Source: Folioceros fuciformis
Lineage: Eukaryota
Direction of reading: 5' to 3'
DNA length: 34,039 nucleotides
NCBI GenBank assembly: GCA_049999805.1
Contig: JBNGIO010005966.1
Location: forward strand, 1 to 34,039
The first letter of the stretch is position 1; each line of letters starts with the position of its first letter. Under the pieces are notes generated by a model, which saw only the letters and a program-made list of their open reading frames with translations, was not told the DNA's origin and ran no database searches. A program made the position numbers and the translations under genes. Shown in pieces: positions 1 through 11,154 of this stretch.

Positions 1-1004
1 CCTTCTGCCCTTAGAGCAGCACCTTGCCGTCAATAGAAGGTGCACTCCGTTCTCCTCCATGATTTTTTATTGCATTAGCTAAACGCTCAACACAATCGAG
101 TGTGCGATGGCGCACATCAATGTGTTGGGCATGTAGCTTCCGGTTGCTCTTTTATCTGTGATTACTATTGCTCACTGAAGATCTCTACGCTCTTCTCAGA
201 ACGTGACAGTTTCTTCCTTCTGGTTGCAGGCAATGGGCACCTTAAATACTGCATTTCTACCCCTCAGGCATCTCACTCTCTTGAAATTGTCGATGATGTG
301 TATGGAAAATCCGTTCCCATGAACTTCAGCCTCAGAATTTTGAGAATCCTCTCCAAGGTTTCCGTCGCTCAACAAATTGAGTGGAAGTCTGTGTGAGAGC
401 TTTGATTCTAAGTCTGAAGTCCATGAGCTTTCTTCATACATGATTTAGTCTCATCATTGTATTGGGAATCATACTTCTCCCACCTTTGTAGCGTATTCAA
501 AGGACTAAGTTTTGACCCGAATTGTTTTCCTTCCCAGCTTCCATTGAGATGTTACAAGGGAGAAATTCCAGTAGACATTGTTCATATATCAGAGAATCTC
601 AATGCCAACTCCCTTGAGGACGCTACTTTCAGGGTACTCCGAAAACCCCGCTCCTGGCAGTGTGTCCTGACAGGATTTGACCCGGTGACCCGCTTCTGTA
701 GTTCTTGTTGTCTTGTTGGTTGGGAGCCTTTTTTTAACAATGACAACTGTCCGACACATCTCACGCTTCTCACATTTTTGACAGTCTGTGATAGCATTGG
801 AATTTGGAACTACAGTACCCGCAAACCCACTGGACGCATACGAACTCAAGGAGTGATAATTGGGAGCATACGGAGATATTGGTATGTCAATTGTCCAGCT
901 GTTGCTTTATTCGAGCTGCACAACATCGCAGTGAACAAGTCGCATCACTCTGGTCCAGTTCCTTCGAGGCTCCAATTACTGCCGTCCATGGCTGCACCTC
1001 CGGT

Positions 1005-1560
1005 GCACACTCTCGCACCTACACGTACGGAAAAGTGCTTGCCGTCAACAAATACGCCGCAGCGTCGTTGCTCTCCACCTTCAGTGCTTCGTCAAGAAGA
1101 TGGCGACCGCAATGCCATATCACATTGGATCCATGGTGAGGGGCACTTTTTATTTTTCTCCATTACCTTTCTCATATGTAAATATTTCAGTCTATCCATA
1201 ATATAACGGCACGAACCCTGTCAAAAGTCGCCGACCAAGGCGCCTACATGCACATTATTGTGTATTTTACTAAACAAAAGCACACTCTCGAACCTACACG
1301 TACGGAAAAGTGCTTGCCATCCACAAGTACGCCGCAGGGTCGTTGCTGTCCAGCTTCACCGCTTCATCAAGAGGATGGTGACCGCAATGCCATATCATTT
1401 TGGATACATGGTAAAGGGGGCACTTTTTATTTCTCTCCATCATCTTTCTCACACGTAAATATTTTAGTCTATCCATAGTATAAGGGCATGTCCAAAGTCG
1501 CCGACCAAGGTGCCTACTTTTATTCATATGCACATTATTGTATATTTTATTATACAAAAG
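1005..1560. repeat. Diverged tandem duplication, two ~275-bp units (1005-1279, 1280-1560)
   Basis: Both units start gcacactctcg..cctacacgtacggaaaagtgcttgcc and end ...aaagtcgccgaccaagg.gcctac...atgcacattattgt.tatttta.ta.acaaaa, with scattered substitutions and small indels. Confidence 0.9.
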
Positions 1561-1589
1561 ATATGAAATGATGAACATTTCACTAGCTT

Positions 1590-1930
1590 GTGGATCTTCG
1601 TAAGGTTGGTTGTCTCTGTATTGCTATTATGTTCTTCATCCTCATCAATCGCAACAAGTCTTCAAACTTCATGTGCTTCTTCAATAGCAACGTGAGGGAT
1701 CTCTCCATCTCCCTTCCATATCACGAAGTTGAGAACAAGTGGACAACAACATTTACTCATTTGGAACTCATCCAATGTTTGTGCGTACATCGCATAACAT
1801 TTGAGGCTCTCCCTCCAAGGAATAATATTTTATTTTAGTGTCTTGTCATATCTATTCATGGCATTGTTAGAGTCCTTAGCAAAGACGCTCACAAATAGTT
1901 GTGTTCAAAGTGTAATGGTCTTCCTTTGTT
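1590..1930 (-). mobile_element. Possible degenerate hAT transposase C-terminal (dimerisation) remnant
   Basis: Minus-strand fragments in different frames read TLNTTICER, NAMNR and QTLD, followed by an acidic tail. This resembles the hAT C-terminal 'S/T..CER.FS.MN.IK...TLD.LM' pattern. Many stops and frameshifts. Confidence 0.3.
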
Positions 1931-2336
1931 GTTTCAAATTGAAAAGATGTTCATGTCTCCTCGAACTTTAGATTTCTCGGGTTTTAGTATTGTCTTTTTC
2001 AAAAAAAATTGACAATTTTCTCAACCTATCAAATGCAAGTTCTAAATTAAATGAGTAAAAATATAATTATATTTCATATGTTGAATTACAATGTACAAAC
2101 TTAATATATGATAAAGATAGTAAAACTTTTCATATTTACAATAAGCAAACTATTGATATTAGACAATGTTTATTGCAGCATTGAGTAGAAAAGGAAGGAA
2201 AAACATCACTCGAGAATGTTTTAAAAATTCTATAATCAAACATGTGATCTACATTATATAAGTAGGAGAAGAGATGTGGCGTATCATCTAGTTAGCCTCC
2301 TTTAAAGGAAGAAGAGCAGGGTTGTTTATGTCCCCC

Positions 2337-2364
2337 TTTGTACTCCCAAATTTGGGAGTACAAA
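2337..2364. repeat. Perfect 28-bp palindrome
   Basis: tttgtactcccaaatttgggagtacaaa is its own reverse complement. Confidence 0.95.
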
Positions 2365-2457
2365 CACATGCAAGGTGTTAAATGGTCAGTGGGTTTGTAG
2401 AGAACAAGAAAATATAGCACTCAGTCCGTTGCATTGTGACCTTAGTAAAATGAATTA

Positions 2458-2577
2458 TGAAAGAATAGCTAGGGGAGCCACATGATCAAGGAGGAGAGGA
2501 GAAAGCAAGGTCATTCTCTATATTGCAAGGGAGCTCAAGAGGGTATTTACACCCTCTAGAAGAGCTCCGAAGGAAGC
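2458..2577 (-). repeat. 3' half of a copia LTR
   Basis: Reverse complement reads gcttccttcggagctcttctagagggtgtaaataccctc...catgtggctcccctagctattctttCA, homologous to the LTR ends at 11397 and 16257. Confidence 0.9.
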
Positions 2578-2579
2578 GG

Positions 2580-5500
2580 GGCCCATGAATGTCCGAGCTT
2601 GTGCGAATTGCTCCGTAGAGAGCCCTTGGTAAGAATATTTGCAGGGTTCTGATTGGTGTGAACTTTGACAAGCTGTACCCTCTTGTCTTCCAACACCTCT
2701 CGAATGAAGTGATACTTCACTTCCACATGTTTGGTCTTTGCATGAAACACTGGATTCTTTGCCAATTGGATAGCACTCTGGCTATCACAATGCAACACTG
2801 ACAGCTCAACCTTGATCCCCAAGTCTCCCACTAAACGAGCAAGCCACATGGCTTCCTTGCAAGCCTCAGTCGTTGCAACATACTCGGCCTCTGTGGTAGA
2901 TAGCATTATGCACAATTGCAAACGAGATCATCATGAGATTGCCCCTCCAGTGCACATGAAGACATGACTTGATGTAGACCTTCTTTTGTCCATATCCTCT
3001 ACATAATTAGCCTCCGTATATCCAACGATATAGGCATTTTTACTACCAAAACATATGCACAAAGCTTTTGTACCATTTAAATACCTCATAACTTCTTTTA
3101 CTGCCTCCCAATGCTTCTTACCAGGGTTTGACATAAACCTGCTAACCGGTCCCACTGCAAAAGCAATGTCAGGACGTGTAGTAGTCATGGCATACATCAA
3201 ACTCCCTACAGCTGATGAGTATGGAACCTTCTCCATTTTAGCTTTGTCCTCCGCAGAGCTTGGGCAATCCTTGCTCGAAAGTTTCACATATGGAGGTAAC
3301 GGAGTACTCAAGACCTTCCCCTTCTCCATATTGAAACGTTGAAGCACCCTCTTAATGTATTCAGTCTGAGACAAGTAAAGCAAACGCTTATGTCTATCTC
3401 AACGAATACGCATGCCAAGAATATGGCTAGCCTCTCCCAAGTCTGTCATGTTAAAGAGAGCATTCAACTTTGACTTCAACACTGAAATCTCATCACTGTT
3501 ATTCCCAGCAAGTAGCATATCATCCACATAAAGGACCAAAATGAGCAAGCTTCCATCCTTAGCTTGCTTTGTATAGAGGCAATGATCCTCATCGCTACGT
3601 TTGTAGCCTTGAGAAAGCATGAATGAGTGGAACTTGTAATACCACTCTCTAGGTGCTTGTTTCAAACCATAAAGGCTCTTCTTTAACCTGCACACCAGAT
3701 TTTCTTTGCCCTTCTCAATGAAACCCTCTGGTTGCTGCATGTATACCTCTTCCTGGAGATCACCATGCAAAAATGCTGACTTCACAACCATCTGGACAAG
3801 TTCCATGTCATTCCTCGCAACCAGAGCAAGAACACATAGCAAAGTGGTCATTTTGACAACTGGTGAGAAAACCTCATCAAAGTCAACACCTTGCTGTTGC
3901 TTAAAACCCTTAGCAACCAATCGTGCCTTGTACTTGGGTTTGCCATCATGGGGTATGACCTTCATCTTATACACCCATTTGCATGGCAATGCCTTCTTAT
4001 CCCTAGGCAACCGAACCAACTCCCAAGTTTGGTTCTTACGAAGCAAATTCATCTGCGACTGCATCGCCTTCTCCCACTTAACCTTGTGAGTCACTAACAT
4101 GGCCTCTTTGTAACAAGAGGGCTCCCCACAATCCGTCAACATGACATAATCAAGAGATGCAACATACCTATCAGGAGGACGTGAAATCCTTCCTGACCTA
4201 CGAAGCACAGGCGCCTCGACCGGAGCTAGTTGCACTCTCTCTTCTTCTACAAGTGGAGGAATGGGTTCCTGCACATCAAGACGTTCAACCCGCCCGTGAC
4301 GGTCAAGTCCATCTTCTTGGAAGACCACCCGTCACACCTCCACAGTTGGAGTAGGCTTCTTGTGCATTTTGTTCTCATTGAAGAACACATCATTGTTGCG
4401 AACAACCTTCTTGGCTTCTGGATCCCATAAACGATATCCCATCTCACCAGAGTCACCATAGCCAAGAAAAATACGTTTTCTGGACTTGGGTGCCAACTTG
4501 TCCCGAAACTCCTTTGGAACATGGTAGCATGCCTCGCAGCCAAACACTTGTAGATGCTTGTAAGACGGCTTCTTTCCAGACCACAGCTCCTCTGGAACCT
4601 GCTCATCCACAGCCATATTAGGAGATATGTTAATAAGATGCACCGCAGTAGACACTGCTTCTGCCCAAAATCCGTTAGGCAATCCAAAGTTTGACAACAA
4701 ACTACGCATCCTCTCCTAGATGGTCCTATTCATCCATTCAGCCACACCATTCTTGGGAGGAGTATACGGGGCAGTCAATTCTCTCTTGATTCCCTTGAAA
4801 TCACAGAATGACTAGAAAGCCTTTGAAACGTACTCTCCACCATTGTCTGTCCTTAGACACTTTAGTCGAAGGCTAGACTGATTCTCCACAAGGGTGACGA
4901 ATTTTTGAAACACTGTCAGAACATTATCCTTTTTCCTCAAAGGATAAACCCACACCTTGCGTGAGAAATCATCTATGAAAGTGACAAAATAGGATGCACC
5001 GCCTAATGATGTAGTGGGCCTATGATAGGTCCACAAACGTCACTGTGAACCAATTCAAGAGGTTTACTTTTGTGTTTACCTCTTGCTCCATGTGGTGATT
5101 TCATTTGTTTCCCATACAAACAGTGCTCGCACACGGAGAAATCGGAGAAGTCAAAACCAAGGATGTAACCAAAACGAGATAAGATCTTCATTCCTTTTTG
5201 AGACATGTCCTAACTGACAATGCCACAGCCAGCGTCATCCAACTGCCCTGCGCTAATCATGCATTTTGTCAACTTCGGAACATGCCTAACATCCTTCAAT
5301 ATGAATGAAGATCCGTTGTCAAACCTCAGCTGCACATCACCAACGCCCGCAATCTCGCATGCGTAGTTATTTCCAAGCCAAACACATCCTTTCCTAGTAG
5401 CATCATAAGTGCTAAACCACTTCCTATGCGGAGTAACATGGAAAGATGCTCCAGAGTCAATTATCCAATTAGAGAATAAGTGGCTATCCACGGCTGTCAA

Positions 5501-6375
5501 TTGTGTAGAATCTAAGGAAGATGAGATAAGAACATCTCCATCATCAACAAAATTCATCTCATCAGGCTTGATACTTGGACTTGCCTTGTTGTCGTTATGC
5601 TTCTCTCCTTTCCTTTGTCCTTCTTGAACTTCTCGTAGTCCCTTCTGATGTGACCCTTTTTGTGACAATGGTAACACTCAACATTGTTACGACTACGAGA
5701 TTTGCTACGGGAAAGGCTTCGCTCCTTTTGCTTCCTCTTTGTAGTGAACCTTCTTCTCACCATGAGGGCGTTGCAACCTTTCAAAGGTTCCATATTCTTT
5801 CTGTTTACCTCTTTTGTTAACAGGCTACCTTCTACATTTACAATGGTGAGACCACTGGCAGGAGCGGAATTACTCAGAGCTATACGAAAGGTGTCCCAAC
5901 TCTCTGGTAATGTGACCAACAGAAACATAGCTCTCACGGAATATGGGAACGAGATACCTTGAGATGAGAGCTGGCTGAAAATAGTATTGAACTCATTCAT
6001 ATGATCGGACATCCTCGTCCCTTCCTTCATCTTCAAGTCCACCTTGTGTTTCAACCAGTACATCTAAGAAGCCGCACTTTGCTTCTCATACAAGTCACAC
6101 AACTTTTGCCATAGCTCGTAACTTGTGGTCTTGTCTTTCACATTGAAGTAGACCAACTTCGACAATGTTAGCATGATGGTAGATCTAGCAAGTTCATCTA
6201 GATTATGCCACTCATCCTGAGTTATGCTAACAGTTATGTTCACACCTAGCAACTTTATGGGCTTGATCTGCTTTTTCTGCACTAGAACATTATACACTTG
6301 TTCTTTCCAGAACGGGAAGTTAGTACCATCTAGCTTCTCGATATTGAACATAATGTTTTCTGAGGACGTCATCAT
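2580..6375 (-). pseudogene. Copia gag-pol, disrupted by stops and frameshifts
   Basis: Mirror image of 12105-15900: degenerate CCHC knuckle CYHCHKKGH, protease WIIDSGAS, integrase FIDDFSR and LRTDNGGEY, RT ARLVAKGF and YVDDMLL, RNase H CDSQSAI. Confidence 0.95.
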
Positions 6376-6744
6376 TCAAAATTGATGCAAATCAAACAAA
6401 GGCTAGTTACAAATGGTCTGAATGTAATGTAGATTCTGAAAGTTATCCTTATGGTCATCACGCCTTGTTCTGCATCGGCTGTCACAACTTGTAGACCTCA
6501 AACCATTGCACGAGTCTATCCACAATTCAGGCCGACATGATGGGCCCAAGCCCGATTCTGGCCTGCCTGGCGTTGGGAGACTAATCCGACCGTCTGCGGC
6601 CATAATTCGGTCGCCCACCTGGAGTATCCCGTCTTGCGATTGAGATCTAGCCGCCCTCGGCTCTGGATCTGGCCACACCACCAAGAGAGCCGGATTAGAC
6701 CGTCTTGCGAATGCCTGCAGGCTCCGGATCCGGCCGCACCACCT

Positions 6745-6834
6745 GCCCGCGCCTGTGCCCACGCCCGTGCCCGTGCCCACGCCCACGCCCGTGCCCACGC
6801 CCACGCTTGTGCCCACGCCCACGCCCGTGCCCGC
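6745..6834. repeat. Hexamer microsatellite (GCCCAC/GCCCGT) x15 in copia leader
   Basis: 15 consecutive hexamer units read directly. Confidence 0.95.
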
Positions 6835-7082
6835 ATCTACACCTGGCGCGCCTAGCGGCCCTAGCGTCCCGTGCGCCTCGCGAGCCGTGGCTGGCGCCCT
6901 ACGCTGCGCGGCCTGAGCACGACGGGGCTCGAGACCCCTGCACCCCGGGCAGCAGAGTTGCCGCACACTGGCCCCCGGGATGCTGCTCTCACTCTAGAGC
7001 CTTCCTCACGCCTTTGTGCATCTTGTCCACATCACCTGCAGCCATCACCCTCTTGCTCCACAATCCTAGCTCTAATACCAAT

Positions 7083-7325
7083 TGAAGGATCGTTAGGGGG
7101 GCCACATGATGAAGGAGGAGAGGAGAAAGCAAGGTCTCTCACACACTCACTATTGCAAGAGAGCTGAAGAGGGTATTTATACCCTCTAGAAGAGCTCCCA
7201 AGGAAGCTTCACAAGAAGCTTCCTAAAGATTAGCTTAAGCTAATCTAAACAAATGATACTTAACTAGACACTAATCTTAGACTAAACACATTAGTCTAAG
7301 TACATTGGGCTTTAATAACCCTACA
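7083..7325 (-). repeat. Copia 5' LTR (left copy, 243 bp)
   Basis: Mirror of 11155-11397 with TG...CA ends on the minus strand; followed by PBS tggtattagagc at 7080-7069. Confidence 0.93.
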
Positions 7326-7339
7326 TCATTTAAATATCC

Positions 7340-7498
7340 ATGGAGATGTTCTTATCTATTCTTCCTTCAATTTTGCGCAATTGACAGCCGTGGATAGTCA
7401 CTTATTCTCTAATTAGATAATTGACTCTAGAGCATCTTTCTATGTTACTCCGCATAGGGAGTGGTTTAGCACCTATGATGATGCTACTAGGAAAGGAT
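7340..7498 (+). mobile_element. Isolated fragment of the same copia family's protease region, opposite orientation to the adjacent element
   Basis: atggagatgttcttatct...gataattgactctagagcatctttc...ctactaggaaaggat aligns with 12939-13093 (DGDVLI...WIIDSGASFHVTPHR), with substitutions. Confidence 0.9.
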
Positions 7499-7943
7499 TA
7501 TGCAACTCTTTGCCTTGATTTGTCTTCCTTACACAACTTAAATGTGTCTACCACATATAGGTATGTCTTACGTACAAGAATCCGGAGTATGGGTTAATAT
7601 AAGATTGCTGGATTTTTGAATTATAAATCCAATACAAGATAAATTATTGCCTTGGGAATGAAGTCTTCATTTTGACAAAGAGATTGGAAATCCTAGCCAC
7701 TCTAAGACTTGTAGTAACAACCCTCAAGAGGGCAAAAAATGCATGAGTCTAACCCCTAGCTTCCTAGTGCACTTAGAATTCAATAATCTAGGGTATGAAA
7801 GGGCCTATCTACCACCTATGTCGAAGATGTTGCTTACATAAGAACACTCGTTATTTCCATTGCTCATCATCTTGAGAGGTGGGTCAATGACCAAATTCTC
7901 CAATCTCCAAGCCAATGTGCACCAATTACAATTGAATAGCATA

Positions 7944-8375
7944 TTAATGACCTCTTTGATAACATTTTCGTTTTGTTTGTTTTGCTCGTGTTTTTTGGCA
8001 GTTGACAATGGATGGGGCTTGCACTCTAGAAGTTAGTACCTTGGTGTCGCAAATAAAAACCTTCACTGGTCCATCCACTTGCTCATGCTTCTTACCTTGT
8101 ATCTTGAGCACCATTTGCTTTAGAATGAAGGTCCATATGCTTTCGCAATATCGGTAGTTATCTACTATGCCTTTCAAAGTTATCTTGGAGGGGACTATAT
8201 GCTTTAGGGCCTTAGCGATAGACTTGTCAAATTGCCTCAAAACTTTCATTGCAAGATCAGGCGAGATATAGCCTCTCTCCACAAGCTCACTTAATGATTC
8301 AATCAAGCATTTTCCAATTGTGGAATGACGGTAGATCTCCAATGATTCTACATCACTCTCCTCTTTCCGATTCAT
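7944..8375 (-). CDS. TFIIA-gamma: Divergent intronless transcription initiation factor IIA gamma (small subunit)-like protein, copy 1 (143 aa from first ATG)
   Basis: IYRHSTIGKCLIESLSELVERGYISPDLAMKVLRQFDKS...KG...YRYCESIWTFIL...VKVFICDTK matches the plant TFIIA-gamma pattern LYRRSTIGMCLTETLDEMV..G.LSPELAIQVLVQFDKS...YRFCDNVWTFIL...VKIVACDSK. The track start is TTG; the first ATG is at 8375. Confidence 0.85.
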   Translation of the reverse strand: MNRKEESDVESLEIYRHSTIGKCLIESLSELVERGYISPDLAMKVLRQFDKSIAKALKHIVPSKITLKGIVDNYRYCESIWTFILKQMVLKIQGKKHEQVDGPVKVFICDTKVLTSRVQAPSIVNCQKTRAKQTKRKCYQRGH

Positions 8376-8839
8376 CACTCTGTGGGGAGTCTCCAACACC
8401 TCTGCGAACAAGATATCCAATTTAACTTTGAAGCAAAAAGGGAAGAGGAATTTGAAATATTATAATGGATGGAGCTTAAGCTAGTCACCTCTCGTACATG
8501 TATAGGCTTCAAGACTCGAACAGCTTCATAAAAGAATATTGAACAAAAACCTATTTTCGATCATATGGAACCTTTGAAATTCTCTTTCCTCGACTTGGCT
8601 TTTATATTGCTCCTTGTCAAGCCCAAAAAAATAATTGGAGTAATAATTTGGTGACCCGAAAGACTCGCTTTCGGAGTAAGTGGAAAATTTGTTTTTTTTT
8701 TTAATAATAAACGGTTGCTTTCAGCAACCCTGAGTTCTTTGGAGTAGAAGGCATGCCAAACCTCCAACCGTTCACTGGACGAATGGACTGACAGTAAGAA
8801 CGATCCGCTCAAGATCCGTAACCTAATATCATGCAGAAG

Positions 8840-9236
8840 TGTAGCGGCAAAACCCCGGGCACTGTTTGCCAACGGGTTCGACCTTTAGTGGCCACACTTA
8901 TCCCACTGTCGTTGAGACATTGGGTTTCATTCCCACGAAGGAGCGATGGGGTTCCTTACCGCTATGGATGGAGGGTCGGACTCAATCGACTTGATGACGG
9001 ATTCCAGGGATCCCCTCCAGCTCCGATTAGGCGTGGGACAGTCCTCGCTGTCCAGCAATCAACTGCACCTCTCTCGGTGCCCAGAAATGTGTTGAGGGTT
9101 TATATTAAACCCAACCTGGTTTAGTTTACCAAGGGTTGCTAACCCTAGTTTAAGAGATATATAAATTGTGTTTAAGTAACCTCTTTTATTATTAGAGCTT
9201 ATTGTAGTGTGCGATATACAAAGCTTCCGCTTTACA
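8840..9236 (+). mobile_element. Putative LTR (~397 bp) of a second, unrelated LTR retrotransposon; internal region truncated at ~9640
   Basis: Starts TGTAgcggc, ends cttccgctttACA and is followed immediately by a tRNA-iMet-type PBS. No second LTR in the window to confirm the 5' boundary. Confidence 0.65.
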
Positions 9237-9247
9237 TGGTATCAAAG
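9237..9247 (+). promoter_or_regulatory. Primer-binding site (tRNA-iMet type)
   Basis: tggtatcaaag versus the canonical TGGTATCAGAGC, directly after ...TACA. Confidence 0.7.
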
Positions 9248-10104
9248 GATGTTTAATGACTCTTAGATCGGATCCACACTGTACACTCTAGCACACAATG
9301 TACATCTGTCAATCTTGACAAGGTGTATAATTGTGTGCTGGAGCAAGTAGTTTAGATTTGTATTCTAAGATCAGTAGTTGTAGTGTTTTACAGCAATGAA
9401 AATGCGTTCACTACTCTACAAATGATTTTGGTCGGTGTGAGCAATGGCTCGAAGAGGCGGAGCATTTAGGCATCATGAAGGATTCCCCTCTCAGTTATCA
9501 AATCGCTCTAGTAGGGGTAGACTAAGGAGACCTCCACCAGTTCAGAGGAGATCCCCACCGCCAGTCAAGTGGGTTCAAGACTCTAGCTGGTTCTGCAACT
9601 GCGATCACGATTACTCCTCTCTGTGTAGGCGTGATTTACACTTCTGCATGATATTAGGTTACGGATCTTGAGCGGATCGTTCTTACTGTCAGTCCATTCG
9701 TCCAGTGAACGGTTGGAGGTTTGGCATGCCTTCTACTCCAAAGAACTCAGGGTTGCTGAAAGCAACCGTTTATTATTAAAAAAAAAAACAAATTTTCCAC
9801 TTACTCCGAAAGCGAGTCTTTCGGGTCACCAAATTATTACTCCAATTATTTTTTTGGGCTTGACAAGGAGCAATATAAAAGCCAAGTCGAGGAAAGAGAA
9901 TTTCAAAGGTTCCATATGATCGAAAATAGGTTTTTGTTCAATATTCTTTTATGAAGCTGTTCGAGTCTTGAAGCCTATACATGTACGAGAGGTGACTAGC
10001 TTAAGCTCCATCCATTATAATATTTCAAATTCCTCTTCCCTTTTTGCTTCAAAGTTAAATTGGATATCTTGTTCGCAGAGGTGTTGGAGACTCCCCACAG
10101 AGTG

Positions 10105-10536
10105 ATGAATCGGAAAGAGGAGAGTGATGTAGAATCATTGGAGATCTACCGTCATTCCACAATTGGAAAATGCTTGATTGAATCATTAAGTGAGCTTGTG
10201 GAGAGAGGCTATATCTCGCCTGATCTTGCAATGAAAGTTTTGAGGCAATTTGACAAGTCTATCGCTAAGGCCCTAAAGCATATAGTCCCCTCCAAGATAA
10301 CTTTGAAAGGCATAGTAGATAACTACCGATATTGCGAAAGCATATGGACCTTCATTCTAAAGCAAATGGTGCTCAAGATACAAGGTAAGAAGCATGAGCA
10401 AGTGGATGGACCAGTGAAGGTTTTTATTTGCGACACCAAGGTACTAACTTCTAGAGTGCAAGCCCCATCCATTGTCAACTGCCAAAAAACACGAGCAAAA
10501 CAAACAAAACGAAAATGTTATCAAAGAGGTCATTAA
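10105..10536 (+). CDS. TFIIA-gamma: Divergent intronless TFIIA gamma-like protein, copy 2 (identical translation to copy 1)
   Basis: Same motifs as copy 1; ATG at 10105; TATAA at 10016-10020; ~30-aa basic C-terminal extension. Confidence 0.85.
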   Translation: MNRKEESDVESLEIYRHSTIGKCLIESLSELVERGYISPDLAMKVLRQFDKSIAKALKHIVPSKITLKGIVDNYRYCESIWTFILKQMVLKIQGKKHEQVDGPVKVFICDTKVLTSRVQAPSIVNCQKTRAKQTKRKCYQRGH

Positions 10537-10981
10537 TATGCTATTCAATTGTAATTGGTGCACATTGGCTTGGAGATTGGAGAATTTGGTCATTGACCCA
10601 CCTCTCAAGATGATGAGCAATGGAAATAACGAGTGTTCTTATGTAAGCAACATCTTCGACATAGGTGGTAGATAGGCCCTTTCATACCCTAGATTATTGA
10701 ATTCTAAGTGCACTAGGAAGCTAGGGGTTAGACTCATGCATTTTTTGCCCTCTTGAGGGTTGTTACTACAAGTCTTAGAGTGGCTAGGATTTCCAATCTC
10801 TTTGTCAAAATGAAGACTTCATTCCCAAGGCAATAATTTATCTTGTATTGGATTTATAATTCAAAAATCCAGCAATCTTATATTAACCCATACTCCGGAT
10901 TCTTGTACGTAAGACATACCTATATGTGGTAGACACATTTAAGTTGTGTAAGGAAGACAAATCAAGGCAAAGAGTTGCATA

Positions 10982-11140
10982 ATCCTTTCCTAGTAGCATC
11001 ATCATAGGTGCTAAACCACTCCCTATGCGGAGTAACATAGAAAGATGCTCTAGAGTCAATTATCTAATTAGAGAATAAGTGACTATCCACGGCTGTCAAT
11101 TGCGCAAAATTGAAGGAAGAATAGATAAGAACATCTCCAT
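10982..11140 (-). mobile_element. Copia protease-region fragment (mirror of 7340-7498)
   Basis: Reverse complement of 7340-7498. Confidence 0.9.
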
Positions 11141-11154
11141 GGATATTTAAATGA

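Larger units (their letters stand above)
2458..7325 (-). mobile_element. Degenerate Ty1/copia LTR retrotransposon (Tnt1-like), left copy; 3' LTR truncated
   Basis: 5' LTR at 7083-7325, PBS at 7069-7080, gag-PR-IN-RT-RH fragments at 6375-2580, joined directly to the 3' half of an LTR (2458-2577). PPT and the 5' part of that LTR are missing. Confidence 0.95.
2580..8843 (-). repeat. Left arm of large inverted repeat (6264 bp)
   Basis: ORFs lying wholly within the arm have identical mirror ORFs at 18480-x. Junctions were read by eye; one mismatch seen at 2589/15891. Confidence 0.97.

Noticed and set aside
457-1206. 249-aa ORF as a gene
   Set aside because: TTG start, no recognisable motif, runs into the tandem duplication.
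6403-7167. Overlapping 70-190-aa ORFs with GVGTG/RARAW/CPRPR repeats (and mirrors at 11313-12077)
   Set aside because: By-products of the GC-rich hexamer repeat in the copia leader; open in several frames on both strands with no domain signal.
8561-8872. 103-aa ORF and its 83-aa mirror (9668-9919) as genes
   Set aside because: Non-ATG starts, poly-A-derived lysines, no homology recognised; the left one crosses the inversion junction.
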